Assembly: GCA_964406665.1 (NCBI GenBank) | Contig: CAYOSQ010000003.1 | Coordinates: 102,641-166,640 of the forward strand | Reading direction: 5' to 3' | Source: an uncultured Planctomycetia bacterium | Lineage (GTDB): Bacteria > Omnitrophota > Gorgyraeia > VGKH01 > JBHPFN01 | DNA: 64,000 nucleotides | Shown here: in pieces, positions 41,219 to 49,229 of the stretch | How the letters are laid out: the number at the start of each line of letters is the position of its first letter | Position numbering within the stretch: the stretch's first letter is position 1 | Made by a program: the position numbers and the translations under genes | Notes under the pieces: model-generated | What the model saw: only the letters and a program-made list of their open reading frames with translations | Told to the model about the DNA's origin: nothing | The model's database searches: none

Positions 41219-41362
41219 ATGAGCTTGAAGATGTTTGGTCAGATAGTTTTGTTAATTATCATCCTTGCGTTTGTAACAACGGCGGTAAAATGTTTACACA
41301 AAAATACTTGTCCTCAATGTAAAGCTATGTGGAAGGCCTGTTCTATGAAAGGCATGAAATAA
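41219..41362 (+). CDS. small membrane peptide (47 aa) with CxxC...C, not in the supplied ORF track
   Basis: GGGAGGG ribosome-binding site 5 nt upstream; one TM helix then CPQCKAMWKAC; immediately followed by a strong terminator. Confidence 0.3.
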   Translation: MSLKMFGQIVLLIIILAFVTTAVKCLHKNTCPQCKAMWKACSMKGMK

Positions 41363-41385
41363 AAGTAGTAAGAAAAATTTGTATG

Positions 41386-41426
41386 GTGCCCAGCTTGATA
41401 ATTTAAGCTGGGCACTTCTGTCTTTT
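41386..41426 (+). terminator. Rho-independent terminator
   Basis: GTGCCCAGCTT-gataattt-AAGCTGGGCAC 11 bp stem followed by a T-rich tract. Confidence 0.7.
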
Positions 41427-41478
41427 AAGTCAATCCCGCCAGGAGTATCTTAATAACAAAAATAACTAGAAAAATTAC

Positions 41479-41747
41479 TTGACAATAATCTCTATTGTGT
41501 TATACTCGATAATGTCGATGGGATAAGTAGACAATAGGATCTAGGTTAAGTATATGAAAAGAAAATCAATAGTTTCTATTCGCAGAGAAAAAAAATATTC
41601 CAGAGGAATCCTGGTCTGTTGTATGGCTATGCGTTGCCTCCCTGGCGGGAGGGGGATTCCGATGTAGATTGTGCAAGAAGTATATATTTACAGATCGATT
41701 CCCACTACTAGAAAAAAAGGTAAGTGGGTTTTTATTTAGGAGGTTAT
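41479..41747 (+). promoter_or_regulatory. promoter (TTGACA-N16-TATACT) plus ~230 nt structured leader with terminator-like hairpin before the RBS
   Basis: Consensus -35/-10 at 41479-41506. The leader contains GGAATCC...GGATTCC and CCTCCC-TGGC-GGGAGG helices, and CCCACT...AGTGGG followed by TTTTT (41701-41733) just upstream of the AGGAGG ribosome-binding site. Confidence 0.5.
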
Positions 41748-41969
41748 ATGGAGCATCATAAAAGGACTATTTGCAAAACGTTAACTTGGCGTGGATTCGG
41801 GGCGTGTTTTACTGTGATTTTAATTTATCTGTATAGCGGTGATATTGGAGAATCGCTTGCGGTTGGTTTTCTTATGGAGTTAGTAAAAATGGGAATATAT
41901 TACTTACACGAAAGAGTTTGGAATAGAGTTTCTTTTGGTAGGTCTAAACCTCCAGAATACCAAATATAA
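41748..41969 (+). CDS. small membrane protein, DUF2061-like
   Basis: ATG at 41748 (5 nt after AGGAGG) is a better start than the upstream GTG; two TM helices; KTLTWRGFG... pattern; this family commonly sits beside cysH. Confidence 0.5.
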   Translation: MEHHKRTICKTLTWRGFGACFTVILIYLYSGDIGESLAVGFLMELVKMGIYYLHERVWNRVSFGRSKPPEYQI

Positions 41970-41998
41970 CATTTTTCTATTGAGAAAGGGGAATTACT

Positions 41999-42718
41999 AT
42001 GAGTTTATTAGAACAAAAAGAAGATTTGAAATTGTTAGTTGAGAAATTGAATTTTAAAGAAAAGGTTAAGCGATCAAAGGAGCTAATCAGGCAAGCTTAT
42101 GAGAAATACGGTGATTCGCTTGTTGTTGCCAATAGTTTAGGTAAGGATTCGGTTGCAGTCTGGGATTTAGCAAAAAAGGTAAATCCTAAAATTAGAGGTT
42201 TTATAGTAACTACACGTTATAAGCCAAAAGAGACAATTGAGTTTATGAATGGAGAGGTTACAAGATATCCAGAATTAAAAATTTACAAAAACGATAAAGA
42301 GATTCCTGAGAAACTTTATGAAACTAGCCCTGATCGTTGCTGCGATATTTTAAAGGTGCAGCCGGTAAAATGGGCTGTTGAAGAAATGGGAGTAAAATGC
42401 TGGGTAACCGGTTTACGTTGTACTGAGGGACGCACACGTACTGATTTTCAAGAAGTGGAAGAGCGAGATGTAGGTTTGATTAAACTTAATCCCATCCTTA
42501 TCTGGAAAGAACGTGAAGTCTGGCAGTATCTTGCTCTCTACGGCGTTAGAGTAAATCCTTTATATGGGGAAGGTTATCGTTCCCTAGGTTGTGCTCCTTG
42601 TACAAAGATAACTACTGATGACAATGAGAGAGCAGGCCGCTGGATAGGCACAAGTAAATGCGGAGGAGAGTGTGGAATTCATACCAGGCCACTTACAGGT
42701 GGCGGTGATGGAATATGA
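41999..42718 (+). CDS. cysH: adenylyl-sulfate (APS) reductase, thioredoxin-dependent, Fe-S type (CysH)
   Basis: PAPS/APS reductase fold with the C-terminal KCGGECGIH catalytic motif plus a CC ... CxxC iron-sulfur motif (RCCDIL ... CAPC) diagnostic of APS-specific enzymes. Confidence 0.8.
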   Translation: MSLLEQKEDLKLLVEKLNFKEKVKRSKELIRQAYEKYGDSLVVANSLGKDSVAVWDLAKKVNPKIRGFIVTTRYKPKETIEFMNGEVTRYPELKIYKNDKEIPEKLYETSPDRCCDILKVQPVKWAVEEMGVKCWVTGLRCTEGRTRTDFQEVEERDVGLIKLNPILIWKEREVWQYLALYGVRVNPLYGEGYRSLGCAPCTKITTDDNERAGRWIGTSKCGGECGIHTRPLTGGGDGI

Positions 42719-43209
42719 CAAAAAAGCAAGAGTCTTTACAATATTATCCGCTTGCAATAAGACTATCTGGAAAAGTTGCTTTGGTTGTTGGTGGCGGAAA
42801 TGTAGCCCAGCGTAAAATAGAGGCATTATTTATCTCTAAAGTTAAGGTGCGCTTAGCTTCTCCTGTGATAACGCCTAAACTTGAAATCTTAGCAAAAAAA
42901 GGCAAGATTGAATGGCTACCAAGATATGTTAAAAAAAGCGATATCAAAGGCGCAGATATTGTTATTGCTGCAACAGATAATAAGGCAGTAAATGAAAAAG
43001 TCAGTCGTTGGGCAGGTAAAGAAAAGGCTTGGATTAATGTTGTGGATAAACCTCTGTTGAGTGACTTTATCTCACCAGCTGTTTTTCGTACAAATAAAAG
43101 CATAATAACCGTGTATTCCGATGGTAAGGACCCTGTGTTATCTCGCGATTTGAAGGATTTTTTAAAGGAACACTGGAATGATTTTTTATCTTATAGGAAT
43201 AGATTATAA
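42715..43209 (+). CDS. sirC: precorrin-2 dehydrogenase / sirohydrochlorin ferrochelatase (SirC/Met8, CysG N-terminal domain type)
   Basis: N-terminal Rossmann motif VALVVGGGNVAQRKIEAL and about 160 aa length; lies in the siroheme cluster. Confidence 0.7.
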   Translation: MTKKQESLQYYPLAIRLSGKVALVVGGGNVAQRKIEALFISKVKVRLASPVITPKLEILAKKGKIEWLPRYVKKSDIKGADIVIAATDNKAVNEKVSRWAGKEKAWINVVDKPLLSDFISPAVFRTNKSIITVYSDGKDPVLSRDLKDFLKEHWNDFLSYRNRL

Positions 43210-44203
43210 AACAGCAACTCTAAAAGAGCGCGAAACCGCTATCTGTCTGCGTAAAGAAATTGAGCAGTATTGGCAGCAGGTTAGTCCTGGTAAGTTCGCC
43301 CTGCTTAACACGTGCAATAGAACCGAGATATATGCTGCTGCCTTAAGTAAAGGTGAAGCCGAAACTTTTGCTAAATCATTCAAAGCTAATTTTGCTACCA
43401 GTTTTAGAAACGCTTATTTCATTTATGGTAGTGACAAAATTTTTGCACATGGTTTGCGTTTAGCGTGTGGGTTAGAATCTCAACTTAAAGGAGAGTTGCA
43501 GATTATGCAGCAATTAGAAACTTGGTTTAATCAAGATAGTTTTCCAATATTGCTTAAGGGGATCTGGAAAAAGATTATTAAAGCAGGCAAAGGAATTCGC
43601 ACAAAGTCAGGCTTAGATAATAATAAGGTTAATATAGCAGAAATAGTGTTTAGTGATTTAAATAGAAATAATGTCTTAAGAGAAAGAACAAAAGTTATTA
43701 TAGTCGGCACAGGTAAAATAGCAGAAATTATTGCACGAAGTAAACATTCTTTATTTGATTTTATTTTTGTAGCACGCAGGGAGAAATCAAAATCAAAGGT
43801 ACTTGCTAGATTAGCGAAAGGTAAGACAATACTATACGATGAGCTACCTAAATATCTTGATGAAGCTGATGTTTTGATTGGTGCAACGTCCAGCCCGCAT
43901 TATATTCTACGCGCTGACGATTTTAAAAACTTATCAGGTATTCGCAAGAGCCTTCTGTATGTTTATGACTTAGCTATGCCTCGTGATTTTGCTGAAGATG
44001 TTAATGATTTATCTTTTGTTAGAAAGAAAGATCTTAATGGTTTACTTAGCACCTTTTATCAACAAAATAGCTATGTCATCAGGTGTCTTAAACTAGCGGA
44101 AAAATTTATTGAAGAAAAAGCATATGAGTATAAGGAGTATTTAAATAATGAAAAGTATACTAATTGGCTCACGGCCCAGCCTGCTTGCGCTAAAACAGGT
44201 TGA
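43178..44203 (+). CDS. hemA: glutamyl-tRNA reductase
   Basis: LNTCNRTEIYAA catalytic-Cys motif and a GTGKIAE NADPH-binding motif. Confidence 0.8.
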   Translation: MIFYLIGIDYKTATLKERETAICLRKEIEQYWQQVSPGKFALLNTCNRTEIYAAALSKGEAETFAKSFKANFATSFRNAYFIYGSDKIFAHGLRLACGLESQLKGELQIMQQLETWFNQDSFPILLKGIWKKIIKAGKGIRTKSGLDNNKVNIAEIVFSDLNRNNVLRERTKVIIVGTGKIAEIIARSKHSLFDFIFVARREKSKSKVLARLAKGKTILYDELPKYLDEADVLIGATSSPHYILRADDFKNLSGIRKSLLYVYDLAMPRDFAEDVNDLSFVRKKDLNGLLSTFYQQNSYVIRCLKLAEKFIEEKAYEYKEYLNNEKYTNWLTAQPACAKTG

Positions 44204-44798
44204 AGAAATTAAACAGCACTTTCCGCAAACAGATTTTAAGATAGTGACTATTAAGACAAGCGGGGACAAGGATAAATTTACGCCTTTGGCAGAATTAGAA
44301 AGAGAAGATTTTTTTACCCGGGAGATTGAGCAGGCATTGCTAGAGGGAAAAATTGATGCAGCAATTCATAGTGCTAAAGATTTAGAAAAAATACCCCCAG
44401 CAAATACTACTATTGCTGCTATGACGCACTCAATCAGTATTTTTGAATGTTTAATTTCCAGGGGAAATCTAACCCTAGGTCATCTATCTGCTGGAGCAGT
44501 TGTGGGAACAAGCAGTTTAAAGCGAAAGACTTCCTTGATAGATTTTCGGGAAGATCTTATTGTAAAAGACATCCGGGGAAATGTTGATGAGCGCATTAAG
44601 CAACTTGATCAAGGCAAATTTGATGCGATTATCGTTGCCCATGCTGCATTAATCAGATTAGGGTATGAAAGCAGAATTGCAGAAATAATACCGGAAAATA
44701 TTATTGAGCCACATCCTCTGCAAGGGAGATTATCTGTGCAGGTTCTTGCTAATAGGCCTGAGATGATAAATCTATTTAGGAGTATCAATGAACAATAA
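44148..44798 (+). CDS. hemC: hydroxymethylbilane synthase (porphobilinogen deaminase), short form lacking C-terminal domain 3
   Basis: LIGSRPSLLALKQ, IKTSGDK and domains 1-2 are conserved, but the ORF is only 216 aa and cobA starts immediately at 44788, so the roughly 90 aa domain 3 (carrying the cofactor-binding Cys) is absent. Confidence 0.7.
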   Translation: MKSILIGSRPSLLALKQVEEIKQHFPQTDFKIVTIKTSGDKDKFTPLAELEREDFFTREIEQALLEGKIDAAIHSAKDLEKIPPANTTIAAMTHSISIFECLISRGNLTLGHLSAGAVVGTSSLKRKTSLIDFREDLIVKDIRGNVDERIKQLDQGKFDAIIVAHAALIRLGYESRIAEIIPENIIEPHPLQGRLSVQVLANRPEMINLFRSINEQ

Positions 44799-45513
44799 AT
44801 CAGGAAAAATATATATTATTGGGGCTGGCCCAGGAGACCCAGAGCTGATAACGGTTAAAGGTCTTAAGGTTTTAAAACAGGCAGACTGTGTGTTGTATGA
44901 TTTTCTAAGCAGTGTGGAATTAATAAATTATGTGAAAACATCTGCTGAGAAAATATGCGTTGGTAAAGCAGATGGGTTGCATTTAAAAGAACAGGATGAA
45001 ATAAATGAGCTTCTTCACAAAAAAGCTAATGAACATAATATTGTGGTTCGTTTAAAAGGTGGAGACCCTTTTATTTTTAGCCGCGGCAGCGAAGAGGTAC
45101 GTTACTTAAGACAAAAAGGTTTAGACGCCCAAGTGATTCCTGGAGTAACTTCAGCAATTGCGGGTCCGGGATCATTTGATATCCCACTTACCATAAAAAA
45201 TAAAATATCTTCAGTTGCCATAATAACCGGCAGAAAGAAAGATATCAATGCCAGGATAGAAGCGCCTCGATGTGGCACTCTGGTTTATCTCATGGCAGTT
45301 AGTAATATTGTTAATGTGGTTAAGGCGCTAAAGGAAAATGGTTGGTCAGATGAGACACCTTGTGCATTTATTGAGCGTGCAACCTGTAAAGATTCCCGGA
45401 TTGTCCGTGCTGCTATCAACATGATAGAAAAAGAAACCAAGAAGCAGAAAGTTAAATCCCCAGCAGTTTTTGTTGTGGGAGAGGTGGTGAATTATGCCAG
45501 AGCAAATTCATAA
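44788..45513 (+). CDS. cobA: uroporphyrinogen-III C-methyltransferase (SUMT)
   Basis: IYIIGAGPGDPELITVKGLKVLKQADCVLYD plus the VVRLKGGDP motif. Confidence 0.85.
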   Translation: MNNKSGKIYIIGAGPGDPELITVKGLKVLKQADCVLYDFLSSVELINYVKTSAEKICVGKADGLHLKEQDEINELLHKKANEHNIVVRLKGGDPFIFSRGSEEVRYLRQKGLDAQVIPGVTSAIAGPGSFDIPLTIKNKISSVAIITGRKKDINARIEAPRCGTLVYLMAVSNIVNVVKALKENGWSDETPCAFIERATCKDSRIVRAAINMIEKETKKQKVKSPAVFVVGEVVNYARANS

Positions 45514-46441
45514 TATAAGTTTGGATTCTCTGATTTATCCGTTATTTGTAAAGCAAGGCAACGGTGTACGTGAACCAATTTCTTCCCTGCCGGGAATTTT
45601 CAGATTTTCTCTCGATACTATTATCGAAGAGGTAGAGTTTCTGAAACAAAACGGAATCAATAGAATTCTTTTATTTGGAATACCGGATAAAAAAGATTCA
45701 TTAGGTAGTGCTGCATATAGCGACGACAATGTTATTTCTGAAACTGTTACACTGATAAAGAAAGAATTCCCTGAAATAATTATTTTTACTGACGTATGCC
45801 TTTGTGCTTATGCATTGCATGGACATTGTGCAGTGCTTGATCAATCAGATAATTCGCTGTCTATAGACAAAAAACAAACTTTATCCACATTGGCAAGAAT
45901 GGCATTGTCTCATGCTGCGGCAGGAGCTGATTTTGTTGCACCTTCAGCTATGGCAAAAGAACAAGTGGGCACAATAAGGAATGCATTGGATAAAAATAGT
46001 TACAACAATACGAAAATTATGGGTTATTCCGCAAAGTTTGCATCCCAGTTCTACGGCCCTTTTAGGGAAATTGCAGATTCTGCTCCCAAATTCTCAGATC
46101 GCAGTAGCTATCAACTGAATTATAGCAGCAGTGATAGTGCTTTATCAGAGGTCGCAGATGATATTAAAGAAGGGGCAGATATCGTTATGGTTAAACCTGC
46201 GTTGGCTTATCTGGATGTTATCCGTCAAGTAAGGAATAAGTTTAACCATCCAATCGCAGCATACAATGTTAGCGGGGAATATGCAATGGTGAAAGCGGGT
46301 GTTAAGTCAGGATATTGGGATGAGAAAGAAATTGTTTTTGAAATAATTAATTCAATAAAAAGGGCTGGCGCAGATATCATTATTACGTATCATGCACTTG
46401 ATATTGCAAAGTGGTTTAAGAAAGAGCAGGTATTGGTATGA
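45494..46441 (+). CDS. hemB: porphobilinogen synthase (delta-aminolevulinate dehydratase)
   Basis: ALAD active-site regions (DVCLCAY, VAPSAMAKEQV, MVKPA). Confidence 0.85.
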   Translation: MPEQIHNISLDSLIYPLFVKQGNGVREPISSLPGIFRFSLDTIIEEVEFLKQNGINRILLFGIPDKKDSLGSAAYSDDNVISETVTLIKKEFPEIIIFTDVCLCAYALHGHCAVLDQSDNSLSIDKKQTLSTLARMALSHAAAGADFVAPSAMAKEQVGTIRNALDKNSYNNTKIMGYSAKFASQFYGPFREIADSAPKFSDRSSYQLNYSSSDSALSEVADDIKEGADIVMVKPALAYLDVIRQVRNKFNHPIAAYNVSGEYAMVKAGVKSGYWDEKEIVFEIINSIKRAGADIIITYHALDIAKWFKKEQVLV

Positions 46442-47712
46442 GAAATAAGGAAGTTAATAAATTCGCAGATCGCGTACTTGTAGGTGGGGTTAATAGTCCT
46501 GTGCGTGCATTCACTTGCGTTGGGGGAAAGCCTATACCAATACAGCGCGGCCGTGGATCAAAGATCTATGATTATGACGGCAGGCAATATTTAGATTACG
46601 TGCTTTCTTTTGGTGCACTCATTCTGGGGCATTCACGTCCTGAAGTTATAAAGGGGATAAAAAATGCAGCTGGTTTTGGCGTGGGTTTTGGGGCAACGAA
46701 TATTTCTGAGGTAGTTTTGGCTAAACGAATTCAAGAGACAATACCGCTAATAAAAAAGATTAGGTTTGTTTCATCAGGTACAGAAGCCGTAATGGGTGCA
46801 ATAAGATTGGCTCGGGGTGTTACGGGGAAAAATAAGATAATTAAATTTAAAGGGTCATACCATGGGCATGCTGATTATCTTCTTAAAAATGCAGGCTCTG
46901 GGCTTGCCACACTAGGGTTGCCTGCAAGTAAGGGTGTGCCAAATGATTTTATCCGCCATACGCTTATCGCCCGATATGGTGATGCAAAACAGATAGATAA
47001 AATATTTGCAAGGTTTGGTTCTGATATAGCTGCTGTTATTGTGGAACCTGTGGGGGGCAATGATGGCGTTATCTTACCGGATAAGACTTTTCTCAAATAC
47101 CTAAGAAAACAGACAAAAAAATTCAATGCTTTGTTAATCTTTGATGAAGTTATAACTGGCTTTCGTTTTCACTATGGTAGTGCGGCAACCTATTTTGGTA
47201 TGCAGCCAGACATCATCTGTTTAGGTAAAATCATTGGCGGTGGTTTACCTATTGGAGCATATGGAGCTAGTAAGAAGATAATGGATCATTTAGCACCGCT
47301 AGGTGGTGTTTATCAGGCTTCAACGTTTTCTGGTAATCCGATTGTGATGAAAGCAGGAATTAATACTTTAAAAGTTTTATCTTCGCTGAAGAATAATTAC
47401 AAGTACACTAAAAAAGCAACAGCATATTTAGTCCAATCAATTTCCTCTGAAGCTTATAAGCATGGTATTGACTTAACCATAAAACATTTCGCAAGTATGT
47501 TCAGCATACGTTTTAAAAATAAGGATTATTTTAAAATCTTTCATAGACAATTGTTAAATAAAGAAATATATCTTGCTCCCTCAGAGCACGAGTCGAATTT
47601 TTTATCATTTGCTCATACTAATAAAGATATTGAAAAAACTATAAGCGCTGTTAAAAATGCGCTAATTTTCTTAGCAAAAAGAAAGGTGAAGTATGGAAAA
47701 TGTAGATTATGA
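46438..47712 (+). CDS. hemL: glutamate-1-semialdehyde 2,1-aminomutase
   Basis: Class-III aminotransferase fold with the IFDEVITGFR and GKIIGGGLPIGAYG PLP-Lys region. Confidence 0.85.
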   Translation: MRNKEVNKFADRVLVGGVNSPVRAFTCVGGKPIPIQRGRGSKIYDYDGRQYLDYVLSFGALILGHSRPEVIKGIKNAAGFGVGFGATNISEVVLAKRIQETIPLIKKIRFVSSGTEAVMGAIRLARGVTGKNKIIKFKGSYHGHADYLLKNAGSGLATLGLPASKGVPNDFIRHTLIARYGDAKQIDKIFARFGSDIAAVIVEPVGGNDGVILPDKTFLKYLRKQTKKFNALLIFDEVITGFRFHYGSAATYFGMQPDIICLGKIIGGGLPIGAYGASKKIMDHLAPLGGVYQASTFSGNPIVMKAGINTLKVLSSLKNNYKYTKKATAYLVQSISSEAYKHGIDLTIKHFASMFSIRFKNKDYFKIFHRQLLNKEIYLAPSEHESNFLSFAHTNKDIEKTISAVKNALIFLAKRKVKYGKCRL

Positions 47713-48409
47713 TGCCTTAAAGAAACGTGGGTTCTTGCGACAAAAACAAGAAGACCTTTTCATGTTAAGGGCAAGAGGAAGGTGTGGAAATTATACCGGG
47801 GAGCAGTTTATTGTTTTTGCTGAGATATCAAAAAAATATGGTAGTGGGATTATTCATGCTACTACACGTCAGGGAATAGAAATTCCTTTTATTCGTTTTG
47901 AGGATATTGAGAATGTCGAAGCAGAGATTCAATCTGCAGGTATTGATCCAGGAACTTCAGGCCCACGCATGCGTACAACCACAACATGTCCGGGAAACAA
48001 CTGGTGTAAAAGCGGACTTATAAATACTTTTTCATTATATGAAAAGATAGAAAATGAATTAAACATTAAATGCGGCATGGATTTACCTCATAAGTTCAAA
48101 ATAGCTATATCGGGTTGTCCTAATAAATGCACAAGAGCACAAGCCTCGGAAATCGGCATCCATGGGCAACCAAGGTTCTTAAACGGAAAATCAAAAATAG
48201 GTTATGCTGTTTATTTAGGTGGTTGTGGTGGTAAGACTCCGCGCATGGGATTTAAATTGGATAAGATCTTCAGCGAAGATGAAGTTCTCTCCATTATTAA
48301 AAATGTAGTTAATTTTTATAAAGAGAGCGCAAAATCACGTCAGCGGCTTGCTTTGCTCATTGAAAAGATAGGTAAAGATACTTTTCTAAAGGCAATAGGT
48401 TTATTGTAA
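47693..48409 (+). CDS. small (238 aa) siroheme-type sulfite/nitrite reductase, low-molecular-weight assimilatory type
   Basis: Nitrite/sulfite reductase ferredoxin-like half domain (TTRQGIEIPFI) plus the siroheme/4Fe-4S motif CPGNNWC ... ISGCPNKC (Cx5C ... CxxxC). Confidence 0.65.
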   Translation: MENVDYDALKKRGFLRQKQEDLFMLRARGRCGNYTGEQFIVFAEISKKYGSGIIHATTRQGIEIPFIRFEDIENVEAEIQSAGIDPGTSGPRMRTTTTCPGNNWCKSGLINTFSLYEKIENELNIKCGMDLPHKFKIAISGCPNKCTRAQASEIGIHGQPRFLNGKSKIGYAVYLGGCGGKTPRMGFKLDKIFSEDEVLSIIKNVVNFYKESAKSRQRLALLIEKIGKDTFLKAIGLL

Positions 48410-48468
48410 AATAAGAATTAATTCTTGCATAAGAATTCAATCCGATTATCTTTAAGTTTTCTTTATTT

Positions 48469-48573
48469 TTGACAAGCAAAGCTTAAAAGTATATAATAGC
48501 CCCAAGATTAAGAAAAGCAGCTTTAATATTTAGGAGCGAAAGTTCTTGGATATTTGAACTTTCGCCATTTTTA
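48469..48573 (+). promoter_or_regulatory. perfect-consensus promoter (TTGACA-N17-TATAAT) driving a ~70 nt leader/sRNA that ends in a 10 bp hairpin + U-tract
   Basis: -35 at 48469-48474 and -10 at 48492-48497. GCGAAAGTTC-ttggatattt-GAACTTTCGC at 48536-48565 is followed by CATTTTTA, upstream of the FKBP gene ribosome-binding site. Confidence 0.45.
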
Positions 48574-48612
48574 TAATGAGATTATAACTATTTCAACAAA
48601 AGGGAGGTTGTA

Positions 48613-49107
48613 GTGAAAAGATTAGTAACTTTGATGGTGATTGCAGTATTATGTTTAGGAGTTGTCCCGGGTGTTTATGCTGGCGGAAAAATTGAAAATG
48701 GTAAAAAGGTTGCCATGGATTATGTTTTAACAGTAGAAGGTAAAATAGTGGATCGTTCTCAAGAAGGTTCACCTTTAGCGTTTATTCAAGGAAAAGGAAT
48801 GATTATTCCTGGATTGGAGAAACGTATTGTAGGATTGAGTACAGGAGATAGAAAAACCGTTCAAATTCCACCGCAAGAGGCCTATGGGTTACCAAATCCC
48901 AAGGCAATCCAACAAATCCCGCGTGCGCAATTTCCTGCGGGTCAAACTCCTAAAGTGGGTATGATGCTTCAGATGAGTGATCCCAGCGGTCGTAAGGTTC
49001 CTGCTGCGATAGTAGGCGTAACCGGTGAAGCAATTACCTTAGATTTCAATCATCCTTTAGCAGGAAAAACTCTGACATTTGATGTAAAGATTGTTGGTGT
49101 TGAATAA
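48613..49107 (+). CDS. FKBP-type peptidyl-prolyl cis-trans isomerase with signal peptide
   Basis: Signal peptide, then an FKBP domain (VAMDYVLTVEGKIVD ... GMIIPGLEKRIVGLSTGD ... AYG); GTG start after GGGAGG. Confidence 0.8.
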   Translation: MKRLVTLMVIAVLCLGVVPGVYAGGKIENGKKVAMDYVLTVEGKIVDRSQEGSPLAFIQGKGMIIPGLEKRIVGLSTGDRKTVQIPPQEAYGLPNPKAIQQIPRAQFPAGQTPKVGMMLQMSDPSGRKVPAAIVGVTGEAITLDFNHPLAGKTLTFDVKIVGVE

Positions 49108-49132
49108 CATATTATTTTATTTAGATTAAGAA

Positions 49133-49167
49133 TAGGCCCGGCAATTCATTGCCGGGCCTATTTCTTT
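49133..49167 (+). terminator. Rho-independent terminator
   Basis: TAGGCCCGGCAA-ttca-TTGCCGGGCCTA perfect 12 bp stem followed by a TTTCTTT tract. Confidence 0.75.
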
Positions 49168-49229
49168 AAATAGTGATTCACGATTCTTTTTGACAATCGT
49201 AAGGAGCGAGAGTAAAATTAGGTATTAGG

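Noticed and set aside
41517-41747. SAM-I (S-box) riboswitch call for the cysH-operon leader
   Set aside because: The conserved S-box elements (for example ...GCAACC and GGTGCTAA...) are not present. It is kept only as an unclassified structured leader.
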